Source: Puniceicoccales bacterium
GTDB lineage: Bacteria > Verrucomicrobiota > Verrucomicrobiia > Opitutales > JAIRLM01
Direction: 5' to 3'
Length of the DNA stretch: 64,000 nucleotides
Assembly: GCA_031282835.1 (NCBI GenBank)
Contig: JAITCU010000028.1
Coordinates: 10,430-74,429, forward strand
A program made the position numbers and the translations under genes. Position 1 is the stretch's first letter. Every line of letters begins with the position of its first letter. The notes under the pieces are model-generated. The model was not told the origin of the DNA and did no database searches. It saw only the letters and a list, made by a program, of their open reading frames with translations. Shown here piece by piece: positions 35,363 through 43,504 of the stretch.

Positions 35363-38035
35363 TCAAGCGAGCCTTTCCCAAATGTGCCGCGTTTTTTCGA
35401 TCATTTGCGCGTGGAGATCCTTGTAGGCTTTTTCGTCTACAAAGTCTTCAAGAATTGGCATTGGGCCCTGGATTATTTTCTTCGCCGTCTCTACCAAGCA
35501 GGTTAAAGCTTCGCGAGTCTCGCATTCATCGACGTTATCTTGAAGTGTGAAGGCCAAGCGACTCGATTGGCCCGTTCCTCCGTAGACGTCCAGATATTTT
35601 GGATTAAAATGCGAAAGACGTAGGTATTCGATACAATCTGCCTCGTGGAGTAAAACGGTAGCCAAGTCCTTGGTACGGACGGGGTCATCTTTATGTAAGA
35701 CGATTTGCCGAACTTTCTCAGCAGATTCCTCGGGTAACCCACATTGAAACAAGTAATCCCTCGCATTTTGCGCACTCAATCCCTCAAAGACGTCGATACC
35801 CTCCGCTTCCCGCCCGGAATCGTGGAATAGCGCGGCAATGGTGGCGTTGTAGATGTCCTCGTCGGAAAGATTTTCGAATTCTTTGAAAAGCCGCCTGTAA
35901 ATGTTGGCAAAAATTTCAACGAATATTGCTGCCCGTGCGCCGTGGAGCGCCGAATGAACCCGCGACGTGCCCCCGGGAATTACATGCAGGGCATTTTGCA
36001 TCAGCTGGGTCAATTTTGGCAGGTTCCATTGGGATTTCGGCCGGGAAAGCATTTTCTCAATTTCATTGAGTGTCCTCCGGCCACCGTTCCCGCGTATGCC
36101 GTCCTTCAAAAGTTGCAGCTGAATTTTGGGGGCAAGCCGGCTGAAATACTCCACCCTTCCCTCCCACATGACTCGAATTTCCTCGTAGGGCGGAAATTTT
36201 TTGCGGTAATGGTGACTTGCATGGGCGCATGCCTGTTCGATAGTCGGCTTTTCCATAAATTTTTCACATGCAAAACCGAGAACCACGTCACAGGCTTCGC
36301 AAAATTCTACCGCACGCGGTGCCGTCGGCGACAAATTTTTCCGCACAAGGCGTAAAAATTTAACAACCTTTTGCCACTTATCTCTAGACGCCTCCTCCAG
36401 TTCGATATTGAAGAATTCCTTGCCAGGAAAATTCCTCTGTGAAAATTTATCTTGGAGAAAGTTTAGCGCGCCAAATGGCGTAAACACTTTATTGCCAGCA
36501 GAATTCAGCCGATGGGTGGTCTTGGGGAAGTTGAAAAGTTCGTCATAACTTTCGTCGTAGCGCACGACGGGTCCATGATATCGGTTCTTTCCACGTAAAT
36601 TACCGATGTGAAAAAATTCTAATCCCTCACCGAAGAAAGAAATGCCGACTTCTCGAAAACGTCCGAGGATATCATCTTCGAGGAAATAGCCGCTATAGAT
36701 ACGATGCAAGGGAATATCTTTGTAAATAGTAATTTTTCTTCCCACAAGCTGGGAATTACCGCCTAAGCTTCCACAGATGAGCGGCAAGTGTTTCACGTAA
36801 TGCCTTTCTCCGGGTTCATTCTTGTGAATGTCCTTTGCGACCCCATGCTTTCCAATGAGGTCCGACCCTTCCATGCGGCAGATGGTGATTTTTTTTCCAT
36901 CCGCCGATTTTCCAGGTACGTCACACAGATCCAAAACAATCGTTGTCAAGGCATGCATAGCCGTAAATATTTTGAACAGTCGTTCGTTATCGTCACCATA
37001 AACCTCCGCCGCAATTTTTGTGCTATGAGAAAGCCCCTGCAGCATGCCCCAATAATAGGCATCTTCGCCAGCCCCACGCGCGCGGTAGGCCAAGCTTTGA
37101 AAAAGGCCATACTTGTGGGACCCAGCATTAGGCTTGCGGTTGGAATAGTTGCGGAAATATCCTGAAAACAAAAGTTGGTAGTCGTAGGTATCGGAACCGA
37201 ATAACTTTTCACAAAGTTGATAAAATGCGTCTATGAGTCCAGCAGCGGCAGCCGGGAAAGAGTGATAGCTCCGCCAACAGATATTTTCCAATTCCCGGCG
37301 ACAATTTGAATCGGCCAGTATCTCTCGGCGCATGGACGCATAAATTCCCGCATATTCCTCCGTGAAACCATCCCGCAGCAGCTCCGAACGAATACCATCA
37401 CCCCTATCATTTGCCATTTTGTTCAATCGGAGAACTCCGTTGGTAACAAGTTTATGAAAATCATCCCCGCATTCTAAAATACGCCCATAATCCATGAGCA
37501 TTGCAATCTGATTTAATTCGCGCTTTCCTGGGGTGTACATGGCCGCCCGAAGCCCGCGTATTTGTCCCTCATTTAGCTGTTTTAGCCCCTTAAAAAATTT
37601 TCTATGGATAAACTTACTATAAAATTTCTTGCATTTTTTATCGTATATTTTGATCAGCTCGTCCGCCTTAGTTGAATTACAGCCTGGCAGCTCCACCTGG
37701 GCCGTCTTAATTTCCGTGCCAATGCGCGTGAGAACGGCGGAAATGCGACCGTCCACGTCCGGGGTGTTTTGGCAGGGAGTTTCGCAGCCGACCGCGCCAT
37801 CGGGATGCATTGGAGGAGGGACCTCATGGGAGAAATTGGACTTTTGGGCATAAATTTGTGCCATCCGCCGTGTGGGACGATTGGAATCTGTGCGGCAAAT
37901 TTCCGATGCCAGGAGGTCGCTTTTTACCGTCCCATGTTCCATTAATAGCGCATCTGTAACGGATTCTGACGAAATTGGGCCGAGTAAGGAACGCCGCCCC
38001 GTCGCGATCGGCCTGCTCCCCGAGACACCGAACAT
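35363..38035 (-). CDS. Hypothetical 890-aa protein with a C-terminal HD-superfamily phosphohydrolase signature; effector candidate
   Basis: The last ~200 aa read VHSALHGARAA...(35 aa)...ALFHDSGRE...(53 aa)...LLHEADCIEYLR, which is the H...HD...D spacing. The N-terminal 650 aa have no motif I recognise. Confidence 0.75.
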   Translation of the reverse strand: MFGVSGSRPIATGRRSLLGPISSESVTDALLMEHGTVKSDLLASEICRTDSNRPTRRMAQIYAQKSNFSHEVPPPMHPDGAVGCETPCQNTPDVDGRISAVLTRIGTEIKTAQVELPGCNSTKADELIKIYDKKCKKFYSKFIHRKFFKGLKQLNEGQIRGLRAAMYTPGKRELNQIAMLMDYGRILECGDDFHKLVTNGVLRLNKMANDRGDGIRSELLRDGFTEEYAGIYASMRREILADSNCRRELENICWRSYHSFPAAAAGLIDAFYQLCEKLFGSDTYDYQLLFSGYFRNYSNRKPNAGSHKYGLFQSLAYRARGAGEDAYYWGMLQGLSHSTKIAAEVYGDDNERLFKIFTAMHALTTIVLDLCDVPGKSADGKKITICRMEGSDLIGKHGVAKDIHKNEPGERHYVKHLPLICGSLGGNSQLVGRKITIYKDIPLHRIYSGYFLEDDILGRFREVGISFFGEGLEFFHIGNLRGKNRYHGPVVRYDESYDELFNFPKTTHRLNSAGNKVFTPFGALNFLQDKFSQRNFPGKEFFNIELEEASRDKWQKVVKFLRLVRKNLSPTAPRAVEFCEACDVVLGFACEKFMEKPTIEQACAHASHHYRKKFPPYEEIRVMWEGRVEYFSRLAPKIQLQLLKDGIRGNGGRRTLNEIEKMLSRPKSQWNLPKLTQLMQNALHVIPGGTSRVHSALHGARAAIFVEIFANIYRRLFKEFENLSDEDIYNATIAALFHDSGREAEGIDVFEGLSAQNARDYLFQCGLPEESAEKVRQIVLHKDDPVRTKDLATVLLHEADCIEYLRLSHFNPKYLDVYGGTGQSSRLAFTLQDNVDECETREALTCLVETAKKIIQGPMPILEDFVDEKAYKDLHAQMIEKTRHIWERLA

Positions 38036-38654
38036 GCGCCATGATGGCGTGGAGTGTCCTCGATTGTCAACAGGCGGTTCGATGCCAGGGACTGGCCGAT
38101 AAAGTTCTGAACTTAAGTTGAATTAAAAATAAACGCGAGTTACAAAACTTTGCCCTGGGCAAACGTTTGGCAGTGATCCAGTGGGAAAGTCTGTTGGGCA
38201 AGGATTTTTCCAGATTCCGCGTCCAGGCCGCTGTCGAAACGGCAGGTACGGCCTTAAATTCAGATTCCCAGACATTTTTAATGGGTTGTGGGATTTTTTC
38301 GTAAAACCCGCTTGACTTGTTTAGCAAAATTCTTAGGAATGCCTGCGAGATGCGTCTTGCATGCCGTTCTTGCCACACTGATTTAGGTGGTAAAAAAAAT
38401 GGCATTTGATCTTTGACAGAAATATTAATGCGGATTGCGGAGCTCTGACTTGAAAAAGGCCGCCTTTGGCCCAAACTCGGAGACAGAGGCTGCTCTGCCC
38501 GAATCAAGTTGGGGAACACCCCAAATTGGTTGGGTTGCAGTTAACTGTGCCCGTACGCATGAACACGAAATTGCTCAGGCGGTTGTCGCGATCGACATGC
38601 TGACATTAGATTTCGGCGGCTGAGTCCTGCAGCTCACATGGTGATTTTCCGCCC

Positions 38655-38741
38655 TGGTGCCCAGAGAGGGGGTCGAACCCTCACTCCCGCAAAGGAATCG
38701 GATTTTGAGTCCGACGCGTCTGCCGATTCCGCCATCTGGGC
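38655..38741 (-). tRNA. tRNA-Leu (anticodon CAA), long variable arm, CCA encoded
   Basis: The reverse complement is GCCCAGATGGCGGAATCGGCAGACGCGTCGGACTCAAAATCCGATTCCTTTGCGGGAGTGAGGGTTCGACCCCCTCTCTGGGCACCA. It has the anticodon loop CTCAAAA, a class II variable arm and a T loop GGTTCGACC. Confidence 0.9.
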
Positions 38742-38814
38742 AACGGATTTGGTTTATGAGCGAGTTGAAAGGCCTTGACAAGATTTTTCAAAACACTGGT
38801 TTTTATTCAAAGCC

Positions 38815-40035
38815 ATGGATGCACATTGTAATCGATGCAGGGCGCTGGCCATGTGGCTGACCGTGTCGTTTTTTTATGCTTTCCAGTACGTTTTACGCGT
38901 GCTGCCCAGTATTTTTATGGACGATGTGATGGCACGATTTTCGATGGATGTGATGCTTTTTGGACAATTCTCCGGCGTTTATTACATCGGATACGCCCTA
39001 GCGCATTTACCGATTGGTGCAATGTTAGACCGCTATGGCCCCAAAAAAATTGTCCCCGCATGCGTCCTGCTGTCGGTGGCCGGTGTGTTGCCCTTCGTTT
39101 TCGCAACCCACTGGTCCTGGCCTATTCTAGGACGAATGCTTACGGGCATCGGCTCATCTGCCGCAATACTGGGTGTGTTTAAAATCGTGCGAATGGCCTT
39201 CGCGGAGGGACGGTTCGCGCGCATGTTGAGCGTATCTGTGTCCATTGGGCTTATGGGGGCAATTTACGGCGGAGCGCCCGTCCGTCGATTGCACGCCACT
39301 TTTGGCTCCCAGTCCATCATCATCGGGTTGGTAATCGTTGGGGTCATCCTGACGGTTCTGTGTCATATGACTATCCCGGAGATGGAAAAGGACAAAGAGG
39401 TCCTTGAAAGGGGACCTAATCCGCTTTCGATCCTTGGGAAAATATTGGTCAATCCGAAGGTGATATTTCTTTGCCTTTCTGCCGGATTAATGGTGGGTCC
39501 ACTTGAGGGCTTTGCCGACGTTTGGGGACCAAAATTCCTCAACCGCGCGCATGGAATCAGTCCAACTCGCGCTAGCTTCCTTTCGTCTCTTATATTCGTG
39601 GGCATGTGCTTTGGAAGTCCCGTACTCAGTTTCGTTGCCGAGAGGAGCCGCCGCTATTTTGACACCATCATCGTTTCGGGCATCTTGATGTTTGCCGTTT
39701 TTGCGCTGATCATTGGTAGCCATGCGATTCCGATGCCTGCCATTGTAGCCGGATTCCTGCTCGTTGGTCTTTGTTCCTCTTACCAGGTTCTGGTAATCTA
39801 TAAAGTCTCAACGTTCGTTGATGAAAAAATGGTCGGTTTGGCAACGGCCTTGGCAAATATGATTATCATGCTCTTTGGGTACGCGTTTCATGGAACAATC
39901 GGGTTTATGATCAGGATTTGCAGCCGCTTTGGCGAGGAATTTTCCATGCGTTGTGGCATTGCTTCCATTCCCGTCGCGTTGGCCTTAGGCTGCCTGGGTT
40001 GCTACCTCGTTCGCAAAATATCCAAGGCGGCATGA
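38815..40035 (+). CDS. MFS transporter
   Basis: About 12 predicted TM helices and an MFS loop 2-3 motif, GAMLDRYGPKK. The start may be the internal MWLTVSF.... Confidence 0.85.
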   Translation: MDAHCNRCRALAMWLTVSFFYAFQYVLRVLPSIFMDDVMARFSMDVMLFGQFSGVYYIGYALAHLPIGAMLDRYGPKKIVPACVLLSVAGVLPFVFATHWSWPILGRMLTGIGSSAAILGVFKIVRMAFAEGRFARMLSVSVSIGLMGAIYGGAPVRRLHATFGSQSIIIGLVIVGVILTVLCHMTIPEMEKDKEVLERGPNPLSILGKILVNPKVIFLCLSAGLMVGPLEGFADVWGPKFLNRAHGISPTRASFLSSLIFVGMCFGSPVLSFVAERSRRYFDTIIVSGILMFAVFALIIGSHAIPMPAIVAGFLLVGLCSSYQVLVIYKVSTFVDEKMVGLATALANMIIMLFGYAFHGTIGFMIRICSRFGEEFSMRCGIASIPVALALGCLGCYLVRKISKAA

Positions 40036-40041
40036 TTCCTA

Positions 40042-41133
40042 TTGCCCCACCGGCCGTATCATGTGGAGTATTGGCACATGCATTCGTACCTAAACCACCT
40101 GGCTAGGGTCTTTGCGCCCATTGCCCGCATGACTAGCGATGGGTCGCCCGTCGTTCTCTATTCCCAGGTGCGGCTGATTCGCAATCTCCATGAATTTCCA
40201 TTCCCCGTACACGCTCCAAGGGCAGCCCTCCAGGAAGCCGATGGGGCGATTACATCGGTAATCGCCCGGGATCTCCATGGTTTTTCAACGCTGACCATGG
40301 AAGATTTGGATGCTTCGGATAGGCGCTTTTGCATCGAGCGGAGGTGGGCTGCGAAACGCTGGGAACGGCAAGAAATCGGGTCCATATCCATTTCCCCCGC
40401 CTGCGGCATGACCCTAACCACCAATGAGGAGGATCATATCAGCATTCGCGCGCTGCTAGGCGGGTTAAACCTAATCCCAGCCTATGAACGCGGGAACACC
40501 GTAGATGACGCGCTTTCCCGACAGCTTGTCTACGCCTTTGATGATCAGCTGGGCTATCTCACGACAAGGCCAATTCGTTGCGGATTAGGGTTTTCGGCGT
40601 GCGTTTGCGTGCATATTCCAGCACTCGTTTGGGGAGAAAAGGTGGCTCCAATTGCCCTTGCCGCACGCGCCATCGGCTGCAGTATCATCGGATTTAACGG
40701 ACGCGACTCTTCAACGGACGAGGATCTATTTTTCATTACCAGCCGCCCGACCGCAGAAGGCGACGAACTCACCGTGCTCAAGCGCCTGGATAGTTTCGCC
40801 GAGATGGTCATCGAGAGCGAAAAGACCGCCCGTAAATCTTTTGTCGAGCGCATGGAACCGCGACTTCGTGATCGTTTCCACCGCGTGCTAGCGGTTTTGC
40901 AGAACGCCAAACTTGTCGAAATGAGGGAGGCGCAGGTGCTCCTAATGCAAATGCGCCTGGCAACGGATCTGCAATGGCTTCCGTCCGAACTTCGGCCCAA
41001 AGTCGACGCCCTTCTCATCCGTTTGCGCCCCGCCCATTTGAAGGCGGAACTTGCCGTTGGCGAGGGACAGGAGGACTCCATCCGTGCCGAAGTCCTCCAT
41101 GAAGCATTTGCGAATGTCCAGTTAGCCGTCTGA
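40042..41133 (+). CDS. mcsB: ATP:guanido phosphotransferase family protein (McsB/protein arginine kinase-like), signature residues divergent
   Basis: Collinear with B. subtilis McsB from memory: YSQVRLIRNLHEFPFP (SSRIRLARN...FP), LTTNEEDHISIR (NEEDHIRIQ), YAFDDQLGYLTTRP (YAF....GYLTSCP) and VCVHIPALV (VMMHLPALV). Confidence 0.8.
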   Translation: MPHRPYHVEYWHMHSYLNHLARVFAPIARMTSDGSPVVLYSQVRLIRNLHEFPFPVHAPRAALQEADGAITSVIARDLHGFSTLTMEDLDASDRRFCIERRWAAKRWERQEIGSISISPACGMTLTTNEEDHISIRALLGGLNLIPAYERGNTVDDALSRQLVYAFDDQLGYLTTRPIRCGLGFSACVCVHIPALVWGEKVAPIALAARAIGCSIIGFNGRDSSTDEDLFFITSRPTAEGDELTVLKRLDSFAEMVIESEKTARKSFVERMEPRLRDRFHRVLAVLQNAKLVEMREAQVLLMQMRLATDLQWLPSELRPKVDALLIRLRPAHLKAELAVGEGQEDSIRAEVLHEAFANVQLAV

Positions 41134-41247
41134 CCACCTTAAATGCCATGTCCGATGCGCAGTAAATTGCGAAGCGTGGCGTGCGTATCCCAATTCGGCC
41201 CATATTCCTTGCCAGGGCGGGCAATTTGGGCAGCCATGAGGACGATC

Positions 41248-41970
41248 ATGTCGTCCCTGCGCGCGGAAAAACTTTGTAAGTACTACAATAAAAAAAAGGT
41301 GGTATGCGAAATTTCGTTGGCCATCTGTTCCGGTGAAGTGGTGGGGCTCCTGGGCCCGAATGGCGCAGGGAAAACGACAACCTTTCACATGATGGTCGGG
41401 CTCGTCCACGTTTCCAGCGGACAAATTTTTCTCGACGAAATTGATCTCTCCCGGCTGCCCGTGCACGCCCGCGCGCGGGCTGGGATCGGTTACCTTCCAC
41501 AGGAACCATCCATTTTTCGCAATTTAACCGTGCGGGATAACCTCCGTGCCATTGGGGAAGTTTTAAAGATTTCAAAAGCGGAACAGCTTCATCGCGTGGA
41601 CCAAGTCATCGATGAGTTAAAACTCGCACCCCTATTGCCTCAATCGGCAACAACACTCAGTGGTGGCGAACGACGGCGCTTGGAAATTGCCCGCACGCTC
41701 CTTTGTGAACCCAAATTTTTGCTTTTCGACGAGCCTTTCAGCGGTGTGGATCCCATTAACGTGCAGGAAATCCAGCAAATTATCCGCCGGCTCAGGGACA
41801 GGGGTATGGGGATTCTCATCACCGACCACAACGTGCGCGAAATGCTCACCATTGTCGACCGCGCCTATCTCATCCATGGCGGGAAAGTCCTCGTGGAGGG
41901 ATCCAGTGAATTCCTAGCAGAAAACCCACTCAGTCGAAGATTCTACTTGGGTGAAAATTTTAAGTTTTGA
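41248..41970 (+). CDS. lptB: LPS export ABC transporter ATP-binding protein
   Basis: GLLGPNGAGKTT (Walker A), GIGYLPQE, LSGGERRRLEIARTL (signature), LLFDEPFSGVDP (Walker B) and ITDHNVRE. The MSSLRAEKL start at 41248 gives the canonical ~240 aa. Confidence 0.92.
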   Translation: MSSLRAEKLCKYYNKKKVVCEISLAICSGEVVGLLGPNGAGKTTTFHMMVGLVHVSSGQIFLDEIDLSRLPVHARARAGIGYLPQEPSIFRNLTVRDNLRAIGEVLKISKAEQLHRVDQVIDELKLAPLLPQSATTLSGGERRRLEIARTLLCEPKFLLFDEPFSGVDPINVQEIQQIIRRLRDRGMGILITDHNVREMLTIVDRAYLIHGGKVLVEGSSEFLAENPLSRRFYLGENFKF

Positions 41971-42176
41971 TCCTGAAATAATCATTTGGTTTGTTCCACA
42001 AAAGATTGGGAATAGGCGAATGAATTTCGCGCATTTACAAATAGCTATTGCCCAATCGGGGCCTGCTGGTAAGGAATGACTACGTGGCGCAACACCCATC
42101 CATCTCTGGGAAAAAGTTCTGTTCGTTGGAAAAATCTTGCATTTTGTTGTAAATCCAATATATACGATAACAGAAT

Positions 42177-43490
42177 ATGGCACTCATCTCATGCAACGCG
42201 TCCCCCTTCGCTATTTTGGACCATCCGATTGCGGGGACGGTTTGTGGCGTGACGGGGCTTATCGGCGCAGTTGCCACGGCACCCCTCTGCTTCGGATTGC
42301 TTACCATTCCGCTGTCACTCTCCTCCGTGGTTCCCTTTTTGTTGCCCGCGTTCGTTCTCGCCTGTTGCATCTTTGCCGTTGGCGCGACGATGGTTGGCTA
42401 CCACCTATTCTCCAAGCAACCTTCTCAAACCGATCAGTCGGGTAGTAATCCACCACAAGCTACAAACCCCAATCCAGCGCCATCCCAACCCCCACCGCCG
42501 CAGCCCTCCGTTCCCGTACCACCGCAGCCCTCCGTTCCCGTACCGCCCGATTTTACGCCCGAACTTTTTCCATCTATGCCCCCAACGCTGGAATATCCCA
42601 CACCCGCTGACTACCCGCCGTTTACACCTCTGATGCCTCCATTGCTTACGCATTCCCCGACGGGCTGGCTTCGCGGCGCATATGCCCGAGCGGCTGATTG
42701 GCAAAAGGCGCACTTTAGAATTAAATTACCGAACGGTCAATACAAAGATGTATTCGTTATAATTCCACGCGCTAATGACTTACTGGCTGGCCCTGGGAAT
42801 AGCGATGGAACACATAAAGATTGGGATCTCATAACCGAAGCAGCCAATCCTGACTTGGGAGATGGCGGTGGTACCGCAGGAATAACCTATGGCCACTATG
42901 GGGAAAATGGGTGGACGGAAACACCAACTTTTAAGAAATTCCGTGCCTATCAGCAAACGCGTCGAAGATATTTCCAAGAACATGCCGCGGATTTTGAGAC
43001 AAGGGGATTCACCATTCCCGCGCATTTTCGAACCTTGCAAATCGACTGCGGGGAGGTGCTTACGAACGAGGGCGCTGACCACGGAAAGGACAACGGTTTT
43101 CAAGCACTGGCGCACGTTTTGGGGCCGAATAGTGAGGCAAATATGCACAAGCTAAAAATTGGCTATGCAACCCTGGCAAAGGAAGCGGTCCGGATTAACG
43201 CATACTCCATCTATATCACAGGAGTTTCCGAAGCTATTTACGCTAGAGATCCCGTGCAGTGCGCGGGCATAGCCGTTCCCGAATTCCTTGACGCTTACAT
43301 GGCCGCATTGCAAAACGCGAAGCCAGGCACGGTGGATAGTAGTCCCGTGTATTGTGTCTTTGGGCGATACGCCAACGATCGGAGCTATGCAGACCCCGAT
43401 GATCCAGAAACGTGGACCGCAGGAGATGCGGCATACAGGGATAACCTTAGAATCTGGCGGGACACCCATCCAGAATTTGCGCTACCATGA
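42177..43490 (+). CDS. Inc-like membrane protein with paired N-terminal hydrophobic segments, a Pro-rich linker and a macrodomain-like C-terminal domain
   Basis: The hydrophobic segments are IAGTVCGVTGLIGAVATAPLCFGLLTI and VVPFLLPAFVLACCIFAVGATMVGYHLF. The linker is NPNPAPSQPPPPQPSVPVPPQPSVPVPP. The macro-like motifs are LITEAANPDLGDGGGTAG (AAN at 42840-42848, GGG at 42864-42872), CGEVLTNEG, ALAHVLGPN and SIYITGVSEAIYARDP. Confidence 0.7.
   Translation: MALISCNASPFAILDHPIAGTVCGVTGLIGAVATAPLCFGLLTIPLSLSSVVPFLLPAFVLACCIFAVGATMVGYHLFSKQPSQTDQSGSNPPQATNPNPAPSQPPPPQPSVPVPPQPSVPVPPDFTPELFPSMPPTLEYPTPADYPPFTPLMPPLLTHSPTGWLRGAYARAADWQKAHFRIKLPNGQYKDVFVIIPRANDLLAGPGNSDGTHKDWDLITEAANPDLGDGGGTAGITYGHYGENGWTETPTFKKFRAYQQTRRRYFQEHAADFETRGFTIPAHFRTLQIDCGEVLTNEGADHGKDNGFQALAHVLGPNSEANMHKLKIGYATLAKEAVRINAYSIYITGVSEAIYARDPVQCAGIAVPEFLDAYMAALQNAKPGTVDSSPVYCVFGRYANDRSYADPDDPETWTAGDAAYRDNLRIWRDTHPEFALP
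42498..42545 (+). repeat. Perfect 24-nt tandem duplication (ccgcagccctccgttcccgtacc[a/g]) encoding PQPSVPVP x2
   Basis: Read directly from the sequence. It lies inside the Pro-rich linker of the 42177 ORF. Confidence 0.9.
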
Positions 43491-43504
43491 ACCCCATGGA
43501 AGAT

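Noticed and set aside
36900-37200. Mono-ADP-ribosyltransferase (R-S-E) triad in the 890-aa protein (AYRARG ... SHSTK ... ELEE)
   Set aside because: The Arg and S-x-T elements are only ~18 residues apart and the E-x-E candidate is far away and out of context. The spacing is incompatible with known mART folds.
38067-38519. 150-aa minus-strand ORF in the 35363-gene / tRNA-Leu intergenic region
   Set aside because: It is highly basic, has no motif and no plausible ribosome-binding context. The region is more likely the promoter or 5' UTR of the 890-aa gene.
40554-41081. 175-aa minus-strand ORF
   Set aside because: It is antisense to the McsB-like gene and has an Arg/Ser-rich shadow composition.
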